From positions 768,001-832,000 of the forward strand of contig CAVWUU010000001.1 in assembly GCA_963758295.1 (NCBI GenBank): 64,000 nucleotides of DNA, written 5' to 3'. This document shows, one piece after another, positions 19,618 through 30,095 of this stretch. Source of the stretch: Candidatus Eremiobacteria bacterium (GTDB lineage: Bacteria > Vulcanimicrobiota > Vulcanimicrobiia > Vulcanimicrobiales > Vulcanimicrobiaceae). The translations under genes and the position numbers were made by a program. Every line of letters begins with the position of its first letter. Position 1 is the stretch's first letter. The notes beneath the pieces were generated by a model. That model was not told where the DNA came from and searched no databases. It saw only the letters and a program-made list of their open reading frames with translations.

Positions 19618-20270
19618 TGGGATTCTTCAACGAATTCGAGGTCGAACGCGCTGCTTAAGTCTTCAAGCAGCAACGGTTTGACCTCGGCTAAGGTGACTTC
19701 GCGCCCCGTCTCTTTCGAAATCGACGTGATTCCCCGATCGGCGAGCCCGCAAGGATTGATCAGCCGGTCGTAATTAAGCTCGGTCGAGACGTTAAGCGCG
19801 ATGCCGTGCAACGATACCATCTTTTGAACGGCAAGGCCAATCGCACAAATCTGGTTGCGCCCCACCCAAACGCCGGCGTGCTCGCTCCAGCGGTCTGCGG
19901 CGATTCCGAACCGTGCAGCCGTAGCAATAACGGCGCCCTCCAACGTGCGGACAAGAGGGACTACCTCTCGAAAGCGTTCCAGTTTGCGGATTGGATAAAC
20001 GACCAGTTGTCCGGGCCCATGGTACGTGACGTCGCCTCCTCTTTCGATCGATACGACCTCTACGCCGCGGCGGCTCAAAAGTTCCGTGGGAAGCAGCACG
20101 TTTTCACGCTTCGCCTGGCGCCCGAGCGTTATCACCGGCCGATGTTCCACGACGATCCATGTATCGGGCTCGCGCCCTTCGCGCACTGCCTCGTGGAGGG
20201 CATGTTGAAGGTCCCATACCTCGCGGTACGGGCGAAGCCCCAAATCGAGAACGCGTGCAACGGCCGTCAT
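19596..20270 (-). CDS. lipB: Octanoyltransferase
   Basis: EHRPVITLG, RGGDVTYHGPGQLV, HGIALN, INPCG. Confidence 0.96.
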   Translation of the reverse strand: MTAVARVLDLGLRPYREVWDLQHALHEAVREGREPDTWIVVEHRPVITLGRQAKRENVLLPTELLSRRGVEVVSIERGGDVTYHGPGQLVVYPIRKLERFREVVPLVRTLEGAVIATAARFGIAADRWSEHAGVWVGRNQICAIGLAVQKMVSLHGIALNVSTELNYDRLINPCGLADRGITSISKETGREVTLAEVKPLLLEDLSSAFDLEFVEESQWLSKSI

Positions 20271-20317
20271 TGAACGCTCTTTAAAACCCGGGCAACCGCA
20301 AAGAAGGTTCGCATTCG

Positions 20318-20350
20318 AAAAAAATACCCGGGCAGCGCCCGGGTATTTTT
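20318..20350. terminator. Bidirectional-type terminator hairpin between lpdA and lipB
   Basis: A run, tacccgggc-agc-gcccgggta, T run. Confidence 0.8.
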
Positions 20351-20371
20351 ACTGCTAACTTTCCGTCGCGA

Positions 20372-21821
20372 TTAACGCGCGGCCCCTGCCGGCGTTTTCG
20401 GCTTCGGGTTGACGATGTGAATCGCTTTCCCGTGCGCGGCTTCCGCGGCATCCATGATGCCTTCGGTGAGCGTCGGATGCGGATGAATCGACAAACCGAT
20501 GTCTTCGAGCGTGGCGCCCATTTCCAGAGCCATGACGCCTTCACCGATGAGCGATTCGGCTTGCGGCGCAACAATGTGCATGCCGAGCAGAAGGTCGGTC
20601 TTCGCGTCGCCGACGAGTTTGATCACGCCGTCGGTCTCGTTCATCGTGCGCGCACGTCCGCTCGCGGCGAGCGGGAACTTTCCGATGCGCACTTCATAGC
20701 CTTGCGCCTTTGCTTCCTCTTCGGAGAGACCGATCGTCGCAACTTCGGGGTCGGTGTACACGCAGTTCGGAATCGCAACCGGATCGAACGCTGCAGACTT
20801 ATCGCCCGAAATTGCTTCCGCGGCGACGACGCCTTGTTTCATCGCGCGATGCGCGAGCAGCGGCTGGCCCGTGACGTCGCCGATCGCGAAGACGTTCGAA
20901 ACCTTGGTGCGGCACTGCTGATCGATCGCGATGAACCCTTTGTCGTCTGCGCTCAATCCCGCCGCAGCAAGGTTCAGCGTATCGGTGACCGGACGGCGTC
21001 CGACGGCAACGAGCACCATGTCGAAGTCGCGCGTTTCGTCTTTACCGTTCGTTGCATCGCCGTTGAACGTCGCCTTCACGGTTTTGCCGCTCTTTTCGAG
21101 CTTCTCCAACCTTCGTATCGAGCATGATCTCGACGCCTTGTTTCTTGAGAATGCGTCCGAGCGTCTTCGAGATTTCCAGGTCCGTACCGGTGAGAAGTTG
21201 CGGAAGCGCTTCGATAACAAGCACCTTTGCGCCGACGCGCGTGTAAACGGTCGCGAACTCGAGACCGATGACGCCGCCGCCGATCACGAGCATGTTCTTC
21301 GGAATGCGCTTCATTTGCACGGCGTCGTCCGAGTTAATGATCGTCTCGCCGTCGCGCGGCCACGCTTTCACGTCGATCGGCGCCGAACCGGTCGCAATCA
21401 CGACGTTCGTCGCCTTGATCGTGTCGGTGCCGCCCTCTTTGTTCTTCACGACGATCTCGTTCGCGCTCTTGAAGGTCGCATCGCCGTAGATGAACTGTAC
21501 GTTGTTTGCCTTGAAAAGCGTCTTCACGCCGCCCACGTTCGAATTCACGACGTCGGTCTTGAACTTGGCGACGCCTTCGCGGTCGATTTCAGCCTTCGGC
21601 ACTTTCAATCCGATCGCGCCGGCGTGATCGATGTGGCGGATCACCTCGCCGACGTGCAGCAGCGCTTTGGTCGGGATGCAGCCCCAGTTGAGGCAAACGC
21701 CGCCGACTTCGTCGCGGTCGACGCAGATAACGGTCTTTCCGAGCTGTCCGAGCCGGATGGCAGCGTGATATCCGCCGGGACCCGCGCCAACAACGACTGC
21801 ATCAACCTGGTGTTCAGCCAC
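20372..21821 (-). CDS. lpdA: Dihydrolipoyl dehydrogenase, split by one extra base near 21106-21109
   Basis: GAGPGG, GGVCLNWGCIP and GGGVIGLE in ORF 21042-21821; IGDV and HPHPTLTE in ORF 20372-21220; span is 3n+1. Confidence 0.93.
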
Positions 21822-21966
21822 CGATATGCTCCTGTTCTCGAGAAACGGAATTCAGTTGAGCCGCGCAATGGTTGAGGCGGCCCGACATAGTGTAACAACA
21901 CTTCGCCGCCCGGGGCTTCGACCATCGTAGGGCTTCTCCGGCTCGGAACGCGAATTGGTCCCGTCC

Positions 21967-23433
21967 ATGCCGAATATTGGATGGGCCGGGCTGCTTCCCG
22001 ATCTGGATCGCGAGTCCATCGTGCCCCTCTACCGTCAAATCTACGAGCACCTGCGCGAGGCGATTCTCGCCGGGACGCTGCCCGAGTCCACGCGGCTCCC
22101 TCCGGAGCGGACGATGGCGGAGCGGCTCGAGGTCAATCGGAGCACGGTCGTTCATGCCTACCGGGAGCTGGTGGCCGACGGCCTGATCGAGCAGCGGGTG
22201 GGCTCCGGTTCCCGGGTGGCCGGCCAACTGCGGCGCGGCCAGCCCGAGCGGGCGGCCGGCGTCCCGTGGTGGATCACGCTGCCGCCATGGCGGGTGGGCG
22301 AATTTCCGAACATCCTCGGCGAGCTGGCGGCAAAGCAAGAAGCCGGGCGAATTTCATTCGTCCAAGGGGTAGCTCCCGACGAGCCCTCGCCCCTCGGCGA
22401 GTTGGCTCACTCCTTCGAGCGCGTCGCGCGCGACCCGCGCTTTGTGCTTTCGTACGGCGATTCCGAGGGATACGAACCGCTGCGGCGTGCGATTGCCGGA
22501 CGTTTGAACGCGCGCGGCGCGACGACCGTTGCCCCGCGAAACGTCATCGTTCTCACGGGATCGACGCAAGGCATCATGATCGTTTCGCAAAGCCTGGCAG
22601 AGCCGGGCGACGAGATCATCGTCGAATCGCCGTCGTATCCCGGGGCATTGCAAATCTTCCAGATCAACGGGCTGCGTGCTATTCCCGTGCCTGTAGATGA
22701 AGACGGGATGCGCGTCGATCACGTCGAGGCGATTCTGCGTACGCGCCGGCCTCGCTTCATTTACACCATGCCGTCGCTGCACAATCCGACGAACGCCATT
22801 ATGAACGCCGACCGTCGCGAACGCTTGGCGACGATTGCGAAGCGCGCCGGCGTTCCGATCATCGAAGACGATCCGTACGGACCGCTCGCGCAGCAGCAGC
22901 TTCCGCCGCTCGTTTCACTTGCGCCGGATCATGTAGTGTATCTTTCAACGTTCTCCAAAACCGTCGCGCCGAGCTTGCGTGTCGGCTGGCTCGCGGCGCC
23001 GCGGATGATCCTCGAGCGATTGTTATTGCGCAAGCAGGCGTACGACATGGCCACGAGTCTTTACGTACAGGCGGCGATCCTGGACTACTTGGAGCGCGGC
23101 TACGATGCGCACATCGGTCAATTGCGCGAAGAGTTATTGCTTCGCCGCCGCATCGCAGACGAGGCAATTGCAAAGCACTGGCCGGCCGCCGTGCGCGCGA
23201 CCGGCGAAACCGGCGGCTTCTATTTGTGGGCAACCACGCCGCGCGATATTCGAGCGCGTGCATTGCTCGACGTTTCCGAGCGTCTTGGTGCGTCGTTTCT
23301 CTTTGGAGAAGCTTTCTACGCCGATGGCGGCGGCGACCACAACTTCCGCCTTGCCCTCACCGCCGTCCCGCGCGCCGAGATTGGGGAAGGCATCCGGCGC
23401 ATCGGTGAGGCGATCGCCACGTTGCGTTCGTGA
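21967..23433 (+). CDS. MocR/GabR-family regulator (GntR wHTH plus PLP aminotransferase-like domain)
   Basis: PLYRQI, LPPER, VNRSTV, EDDPY, STFSKT. Confidence 0.92.
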   Translation: MPNIGWAGLLPDLDRESIVPLYRQIYEHLREAILAGTLPESTRLPPERTMAERLEVNRSTVVHAYRELVADGLIEQRVGSGSRVAGQLRRGQPERAAGVPWWITLPPWRVGEFPNILGELAAKQEAGRISFVQGVAPDEPSPLGELAHSFERVARDPRFVLSYGDSEGYEPLRRAIAGRLNARGATTVAPRNVIVLTGSTQGIMIVSQSLAEPGDEIIVESPSYPGALQIFQINGLRAIPVPVDEDGMRVDHVEAILRTRRPRFIYTMPSLHNPTNAIMNADRRERLATIAKRAGVPIIEDDPYGPLAQQQLPPLVSLAPDHVVYLSTFSKTVAPSLRVGWLAAPRMILERLLLRKQAYDMATSLYVQAAILDYLERGYDAHIGQLREELLLRRRIADEAIAKHWPAAVRATGETGGFYLWATTPRDIRARALLDVSERLGASFLFGEAFYADGGGDHNFRLALTAVPRAEIGEGIRRIGEAIATLRS

Positions 23434-24341
23434 ACAAGCTCCAACGTTCGCTGCTCGATTGGTACGCATGCCACGGCCGTTCGAGCTTGCCGTGGCGCGT
23501 GGTTCGCAACCCTTACTACACGCTCGTGAGCGAGTTCATGCTGCAGCAGACGCAAGTCGACCGCGTCATTGCGAAGTTCGGAGCGTTTATCGAGCGCTAT
23601 CCCGATATCGAAGCATTGGCGAATGCAAGCCTGGCCGACGTCCTGCGCCTCTGGCAGGGACTCGGTTATAATTCGCGAGCTACGCGCCTTGCGGGCGTTG
23701 CCCGTGCCGTCATTACCGAGCACGGCGGCAAGCTGCCCCGCAATGCCGATGCATTGCGCGCGCTTCACGGTATCGGCCCTTATACGGTTGCGGCGATTCG
23801 CGCATTCGGTTTCGGTGAAGACGACGCCGCACTCGACACGAACGTTCGCCGAATCGTTCATAGGGTTTTTTTCGGGATCGAGTATCCGCCCAAAGCGACC
23901 CACCGCGAGCTGGATGCCAAAGCGCGCGAAATCGTGCCTGCCGGCGAAGGTCATGACTGGAATTCGGCCATGATGGACCTCGGGGCAATCGTGTGCACGG
24001 CGCGCGCCCCGAAGTGCCTGCTGTGTCCGCTGCAAAAGGCATGCGCCGCCGCACCGGTAGACGCTGCGACTCTGGAACGGCTAAGGCGAGCGAACGCAAA
24101 AGCTGCGTCGCCACAGAACGCGATTCCGTTCCAACGTACCACCCGTTACGCGCGCGGCCGCGTCATCGACCGCCTCCGCGACCTGCCCCCCGGCGCCCGC
24201 ATTTCGATGCTGCAATTGCATGAGGAACTGATCCACATGTTGCCGGCGCGGTCGTACGACGACGTGCGCGAGATAGTGATGGCCTTGGAGCGCGACGGGC
24301 TTATCGCGCGCGAGGGAGAATCCGTCGCCCTAGCAGACTAG
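23430..24341 (+). CDS. mutY: A/G-specific adenine glycosylase
   Basis: LPWR, VSEFMLQQTQV, WQGLGYNSRA, GIGPYT, CTARAPKCLLCP Fe-S motif. Confidence 0.9.
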   Translation: MNKLQRSLLDWYACHGRSSLPWRVVRNPYYTLVSEFMLQQTQVDRVIAKFGAFIERYPDIEALANASLADVLRLWQGLGYNSRATRLAGVARAVITEHGGKLPRNADALRALHGIGPYTVAAIRAFGFGEDDAALDTNVRRIVHRVFFGIEYPPKATHRELDAKAREIVPAGEGHDWNSAMMDLGAIVCTARAPKCLLCPLQKACAAAPVDAATLERLRRANAKAASPQNAIPFQRTTRYARGRVIDRLRDLPPGARISMLQLHEELIHMLPARSYDDVREIVMALERDGLIAREGESVALAD

Positions 24342-24360
24342 TTTGAAAGGGAAGATCCGC

Positions 24361-26334
24361 ATGCGTACAGCATCCGCGCTGACTCTTTTTGCCTTGCTCG
24401 GCGCGAGCGCGCTACCCGCCGCCGCATTTGATTTTAGCGATACGCACCATCTCGTCGGCGTAAGCGAAGCGCAAATCTCTCCCGACGGAAGGCGGGTCGT
24501 CTACGTTCGCACCACGCCCGATTTCGACAAGGACCGCAACGAACGTCAACTCGTGCTCGTCGACGTGCGCACGCATCGGGAGCGGCAGCTAACCTACGAT
24601 CGCAAGGCTGTAGCCGTTCCGCGCTGGATGCCCGACGGATCGGGCCTGCTTTTCATGGCGCTCGACAACGACGAAAAGGATCCCGAGGAGCAAGTTTTCT
24701 TCATGCCGATGGCCGGTGGTGACGCCCGGCAAATAACGCATGAAAAAACCGGCATTATCAACTACGCCTTGAGTCCGGACGGTTCTCGAATCGCTTTCGT
24801 CTCGCAGGAACAGAATCCCAAACAAAAAGAGATCGACAATCATCGCGACGCGTTCGAGGTGCACGACAATGACTATTTGCGTTTGTCGGAAACGATGCCG
24901 GCGCACGTATGGTGGATGTCAACGGGCGGTGGTGTTACGCACCGGCTCACGTCGGGCTCGTGGAGTGTTGCGAATATCGATCCCGACGGCGGCGGCGACC
25001 TCTCTTGGTCCCCCGACGGACGCTCCGTCGCAATCGAACGCTTCCCGACGCCTTTCGTGGGTGATTCGCTGACGTCGCAAATCGAAATCGTGGACGTCGC
25101 GACGGGCCGCGTGCGCGCGTTGGACGGTAAGCGCCTACAGACGGTTCCGCAGTACGCGCCGCACGGCGACCGCATCGCTTACGTGCGAAATACCGGCGGC
25201 GATTACACGCAAGGCGTCGACAGCTACGTCGTCAATTCACACGGCAAATTGCTGGCCGATTTCCGGCGCAGCGTCGATCGCAATGTGGATGACAGTACCT
25301 GGGACGCGCGCGGCGACGGAATGTGGCTGCTAACCCCGGACGGAGGCAATGCGACACTTTGGTACCAATCGATGAACGGCAGCTCGCGTCGCATCGCGCT
25401 CGGGAGCGTGCAGCCTGCGAGCCTTGGCAACACGAGCAATAACGGAACGCTTGCCTTTGTCGCGTCCACGCCGGTTCATCCGCCCGAAATTTATCTGTAC
25501 GACGGTTCGCACGCAGTCGCGCTAACGAATGAAAATTCATTCGTAAAGCACGTTGCGGTGGCGCGAAGCATTCACGTGCAATGGAATTCGACCAAAGGAC
25601 ATTTCAAAGAAGACGGCATCCTAACGTACCCGCTCAATTATAAGGGCGGCAAGGCGCCGATGGTGCTGCGTATTCACGGCGGCCCGCAAGGCGCTTCGAC
25701 TCTCGGATGGGCGACTCAGCGCCAAGAGTTTGCATCGCACGGCTACTTCATTTTCGAACCGAACTATCGCGGAAGCACGAACCTTGGGGATGCCTACCAA
25801 CACGCGATTACGAACGACGCGGGCGACGGTCCGGGCAAAGACGTGATGGCCGGCGTCGCAGCCGCGGAGAAAGTCGCCGACATCGATTCCTCGCGCGTCG
25901 GCGTTTCAGGATGGTCGTATGGCGGTTACATGACGTCTTGGCTCATCGGGCACTATCATGTGTGGAAAGCGGCTGTCAGCGGAGCATCGCTCGACGACTG
26001 GCTGGACGACTTCAACCTGGCGTTTTACGTTTACACCGACGTTCCGTTCTTCCACGGCGTTCCGTGGCGGCCCGAGAATCTGCCCGAATGGACGTCGCAA
26101 TCCCCGATCGCATACGCCCCGCAGATCACGACGCCCACGCTAATCATGGGCGACGTCGGCGACAACAACGTCGTAATCACGAATTCTTATAAGCTGTACC
26201 ACGCGATCAAGGACAACGGCACGACCGTCCAATTCGTCGCGTACCCCGTTGCCGGCCACCATCCCTCAGATCCGGTTCGCAACGAAGATATCGATAAACG
26301 CTGGATTGGCTGGCTCGACCGGTACCTGAAGTAA
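24361..26334 (+). CDS. S9 family peptidase (exported)
   Basis: Signal peptide, SPDG propeller repeats, IHGGP, PNYRGS, GWSYGG. Confidence 0.93.
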   Translation: MRTASALTLFALLGASALPAAAFDFSDTHHLVGVSEAQISPDGRRVVYVRTTPDFDKDRNERQLVLVDVRTHRERQLTYDRKAVAVPRWMPDGSGLLFMALDNDEKDPEEQVFFMPMAGGDARQITHEKTGIINYALSPDGSRIAFVSQEQNPKQKEIDNHRDAFEVHDNDYLRLSETMPAHVWWMSTGGGVTHRLTSGSWSVANIDPDGGGDLSWSPDGRSVAIERFPTPFVGDSLTSQIEIVDVATGRVRALDGKRLQTVPQYAPHGDRIAYVRNTGGDYTQGVDSYVVNSHGKLLADFRRSVDRNVDDSTWDARGDGMWLLTPDGGNATLWYQSMNGSSRRIALGSVQPASLGNTSNNGTLAFVASTPVHPPEIYLYDGSHAVALTNENSFVKHVAVARSIHVQWNSTKGHFKEDGILTYPLNYKGGKAPMVLRIHGGPQGASTLGWATQRQEFASHGYFIFEPNYRGSTNLGDAYQHAITNDAGDGPGKDVMAGVAAAEKVADIDSSRVGVSGWSYGGYMTSWLIGHYHVWKAAVSGASLDDWLDDFNLAFYVYTDVPFFHGVPWRPENLPEWTSQSPIAYAPQITTPTLIMGDVGDNNVVITNSYKLYHAIKDNGTTVQFVAYPVAGHHPSDPVRNEDIDKRWIGWLDRYLK

Positions 26335-26347
26335 AGGAGTGACGGAA

Positions 26348-28354
26348 ATGTACAAACGGGGCATCATCTTTGCGCTCGCCGCTCTCGTCGCTACGTGCGG
26401 GGCCACTGCAGCTAAACCGTTCACGCTCGACGATCTGCCGAAAATCACCGGCCTTGCCGGCGTCGCAATCTCGCCCGACGGGAAGGAAATAGCGTATATC
26501 GTTTCGCGGGCGAACATGAAGGACGACGATTACGACCGCACGCTCACGTTGTACGATGTAGCGTCCAAATCCAATCGCGACGTTACCTACGATCGCAAGG
26601 AGCTATCGTCGCCGGCTTGGTCGCCGGACGGCACGCGTCTTGCGTTTCTGGCGCGCAAGGGCGAAGACAAAGACGCGCAGCAGCAGATCTACGTAATGGA
26701 CATGCGCGGCGGCGATCCGAAAGCCGTTACCGATGCAAAAGCCGGCGTGCAGCAGTTCACATGGCGTCCCGACGGCAGCGCGATCGCGTTCGTTACGTCG
26801 GACGAACAGCCAAAGAAAAACGGCATCGAGAAGCATCGCGACGGCTTCGTGGTCGGCGATCAGGCGTACAACACAAGATCCGCGCCCATGCCCAATCACA
26901 TCTGGCTCGTGAACGCCGACGGCAGCGGCGCGCGGCGATTGACCCAGGGCTCGTGGAGTTTGCCCTCGGCCCAGCCGCCAAGCTCTCCCGGTGCGCCGAT
27001 CTCTTGGTCGCCCGACGGAAAATCGATCGTCTTTACGAAGATGCCGAACCCGTACGATGCCGACGCGGACATGGCCGTCGTTGCAATTCTGAACGTAGCC
27101 ACCGGCGAGATTCGCCCACTCACTGCACACGGAAAGTACGAAGGCTTCGGCGAGTATTCGCCCGACGGCACGCATATTGCCTATTGGTATCCGCATAACG
27201 GGAACGAGGCGGAGCAGAACGATGTTTGGGTCGCCCCGTCGAGCGGCGGAAACGGTATTGACGTAACTGCCGGCGACATCGACGCCAACGTCCAGCGCGC
27301 GATGTGGATGCCCGACGGCAAGTCGCTGTTGATTTCGGGACATAAGGGAACCGACGCAGCTCTTTGGTTAAAACCGCTCGACGGCAAGGCCATGCGTTTG
27401 AACCTCGGTGCAATTCAGCCCACGCAAGCGTTTTGGCTCGACGCGTCGATTGGCAAAAACGGTGCCTTGGCTTTCACCGGCAGCGAAGCTGGCCATCCCA
27501 CTGAGCTGTACTACATGGCGACGGCCAATGCAACGCCGGAGCGCGTCACCGGCGACAACGACCAAATCGCTAAGTTGAACTTGGGAAGCGTAAAGCCGAT
27601 TCAGTGGACGTCGGAAGGCTTTCCCGAGGACGGGACGGTGACGTTACCGCCCGGATATGATCCAGCGAAGAAGTATCCCTTGGTGCTCGTGATTCACGGC
27701 GGCCCGAATTCGGCATCGATTCTGTCTTTCAGCAGCTTGAATCAGTTGATCGCCGCGCACGGCTATATCGTGTTCAATCCCAATTATCGCGGCAGCGACA
27801 ATCTCGGTGCGAAATATTGGTACGCCATCGTGAACGACGCCGGTGCGGGGCCCGGCCGCGACGTGATGGCGGGAATCGATGCCGTTGAGAAAGCGTATCC
27901 CATCGATACGTCCCGCATTGCCGTTTCCGGCTGGTCTTACGGCGGCTACATGACATCTTGGATGGAAGGTCACTATCACATCTGGAAAACGGCCGTCGCC
28001 GGCGCCGCGGTCAACAACTGGATCGACGAGTACAATCTCTCCGATAACAGCGTCGGAACTCGCTATCAGTTCAACGGTTCGCCTTACGTGAAGAACTACA
28101 TCAAGGACTACTGGGCGCAGTCGCCCATCAGCGCAGCATGGCAGATCACCACGCCGACACTCATCCTTAGCGATGTAGGCGATTCCCGCGTTCCCATCAC
28201 GCAGTCTTACGAAATGTTCCGGGCGCTCACCAACCGCGGCACTCCCGTTCGTTTCTTTGCGTATCCGGTCGGTGGCCATTTCCCCGGCGACCCGGTTCGT
28301 TCTCAAGACGTTGACCGGCGCTGGGTTCAGTGGATCGTCGACTATCTGAAGTAG
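26348..28354 (+). CDS. S9 family peptidase (exported), tandem paralog
   Basis: Signal peptide, WSPDG repeats, IHGGP, PNYRGS, GWSYGG, DSRVP, GGH. Confidence 0.93.
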   Translation: MYKRGIIFALAALVATCGATAAKPFTLDDLPKITGLAGVAISPDGKEIAYIVSRANMKDDDYDRTLTLYDVASKSNRDVTYDRKELSSPAWSPDGTRLAFLARKGEDKDAQQQIYVMDMRGGDPKAVTDAKAGVQQFTWRPDGSAIAFVTSDEQPKKNGIEKHRDGFVVGDQAYNTRSAPMPNHIWLVNADGSGARRLTQGSWSLPSAQPPSSPGAPISWSPDGKSIVFTKMPNPYDADADMAVVAILNVATGEIRPLTAHGKYEGFGEYSPDGTHIAYWYPHNGNEAEQNDVWVAPSSGGNGIDVTAGDIDANVQRAMWMPDGKSLLISGHKGTDAALWLKPLDGKAMRLNLGAIQPTQAFWLDASIGKNGALAFTGSEAGHPTELYYMATANATPERVTGDNDQIAKLNLGSVKPIQWTSEGFPEDGTVTLPPGYDPAKKYPLVLVIHGGPNSASILSFSSLNQLIAAHGYIVFNPNYRGSDNLGAKYWYAIVNDAGAGPGRDVMAGIDAVEKAYPIDTSRIAVSGWSYGGYMTSWMEGHYHIWKTAVAGAAVNNWIDEYNLSDNSVGTRYQFNGSPYVKNYIKDYWAQSPISAAWQITTPTLILSDVGDSRVPITQSYEMFRALTNRGTPVRFFAYPVGGHFPGDPVRSQDVDRRWVQWIVDYLK

Positions 28355-28362
28355 CGTAGCTC

Positions 28363-29577
28363 GTGCGCGAGCTTTTCTCCGGCCGTCACGGGCGCGTGGC
28401 GGCCGGTCTGCTTATCGGCGAGTTCGTCTCTGCGATGCAAACGCTGGTGATCGCGACGATAATGCCGCGCGTCGTGGCCGATTTGCACGGACTTGCGCTT
28501 TACGGATTTGCCTTCGGATCGTTCTTACTTGCGAACTTTATTTTCTTGCCGTTTGCCGGGCCGTGGGCCGACCGTTACGGAACGCGCCGTATTCTCGCCG
28601 TTGCGCTCAGTTTGTTAGGCGTGGGCCTGGCGCTCGCGAGTGCGGCTCATTCGATGGCGCAGTTCGTCGGCGCGCGCTTCATTGAGGGCAGCGGCGCTGG
28701 ACTTGACTATGCGGCGTCGTTCGCCGCAATCGTCAAGACGTTTCCCGAGCGCCAACGTGCAAGAATGTTTTCCCTCGTCTCGACGGCGTGGGTTGTGCCT
28801 GCGATCATCGCGCCTTCCTCGGGTGCGCTTATCGCAACGGCGTACGGATGGCGTTGGGCTTTTCTGGGTTTCGTGCCGTGTGTGGCCGTCGCGGCTGCGC
28901 TGTTGCTTCCGGCCATGGGAGACCGCGGAGCGGAACACGGCGTCGACCCGTTTGGCGCACTGCGCATGCTCTTCTCGCGCGCCACGCTCTATTTAAAAGG
29001 CCGTAACGCAGCCTTTGTCGCGTTTGCCGTCTTGCATGCAGCCTTTTTCGGCGCCGATGCGTATGTCGCATTGCTCCTGACGGCGGTTCGCGGATTATCG
29101 TTGACGATGGCCGCTTTTTGCATCACGCTCGGAGCGCTCGGGTGGTGCATCGCCAGTCTCTTTCAACCGGCGCTTCTGCGCCGCGCGGGCGTCCATTCGC
29201 TGCTGATTTGCGGGGCGCTATTGGGAGTAGTTGGATGTGCCGGAATGATCTCGGTCGCTCTCGGTGCTCCGCCGGCGCTCGCATTCGTAACCTGGTTTTT
29301 GGGTGGAATCGGCATCGGGCTCGGCTACCCTACACTTTCTTTAGCCGGCGTGACCGGCGTGGACGAAGGAGAAGAAGGCACCGTGAGTTCGGCGATGCTT
29401 CTCGCGGCCGTGCTTGGAATGACGGGCGGTGTTACCCTTTGCGGTCTTCCCGTGACGCTTGCCGCGCGCGGGGAATTTCCATTAGCATCAGGTCTGCTGG
29501 TGACATTTACGATTTTGTGCGCAGCAGCATTCGTCCTGATGACGATTGTCCGACGCGTACCTGCCCGTGTCGATTAA
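28363..29577 (+). CDS. MFS transporter
   Basis: About 12 TM segments, motif A GPWADRYGTRR, GWRWAF. Confidence 0.9.
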   Translation: MRELFSGRHGRVAAGLLIGEFVSAMQTLVIATIMPRVVADLHGLALYGFAFGSFLLANFIFLPFAGPWADRYGTRRILAVALSLLGVGLALASAAHSMAQFVGARFIEGSGAGLDYAASFAAIVKTFPERQRARMFSLVSTAWVVPAIIAPSSGALIATAYGWRWAFLGFVPCVAVAAALLLPAMGDRGAEHGVDPFGALRMLFSRATLYLKGRNAAFVAFAVLHAAFFGADAYVALLLTAVRGLSLTMAAFCITLGALGWCIASLFQPALLRRAGVHSLLICGALLGVVGCAGMISVALGAPPALAFVTWFLGGIGIGLGYPTLSLAGVTGVDEGEEGTVSSAMLLAAVLGMTGGVTLCGLPVTLAARGEFPLASGLLVTFTILCAAAFVLMTIVRRVPARVD

Positions 29578-30095
29578 AAATCGAAGGTGGCGTCGTACTC
29601 CGGAAATGCGCGCCGGCAGAGCATCGTAACCTCGTCGATAACGGCGTAGTCGGTTTGCGGCGCTGCGTAAAGCTGAAGAGAAAAGACGCTGGTGTCCATC
29701 GAGTTGCCGACGCGATGCAACTCCTGCCAATTAAGACGGTGATCGAGGTGACCGGGCATCAATCGCGTTTCGGAATCCTTGTTTATGCGAGCGTAAGACG
29801 TTAATCCGTCGTCCAGCCGCTCGTAATTTTCGACGTCTAAGACGCCGTCTAAGATCGCGACCCAACATCGCGACTTGCCGTGATCGTGGATCGGGCTTTT
29901 CGATTGCGGCGCCCACTGCATGGCGACAAGCTCGAAGTGCGCAGTTTTTCGAAGCAACAAGCGCGCGTAGGATTGCGGAATGAGCGGAATGGCGCCGCGG
30001 TATTCTTCGAACCGCGCGATGCCGTCGCGCATTGCTTCCACGAGCGCCGGGTCGTCCATTGACTGCGCCAGTAAATCTTCGAAAGACGAAATCAC
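29574..30095 (-). CDS. Cysteine dioxygenase family protein
   Basis: YARLLL, SPIHDHG, LHRVGN, SLQLY. Confidence 0.88.
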   Translation of the reverse strand: MISSFEDLLAQSMDDPALVEAMRDGIARFEEYRGAIPLIPQSYARLLLRKTAHFELVAMQWAPQSKSPIHDHGKSRCWVAILDGVLDVENYERLDDGLTSYARINKDSETRLMPGHLDHRLNWQELHRVGNSMDTSVFSLQLYAAPQTDYAVIDEVTMLCRRAFPEYDATFDF

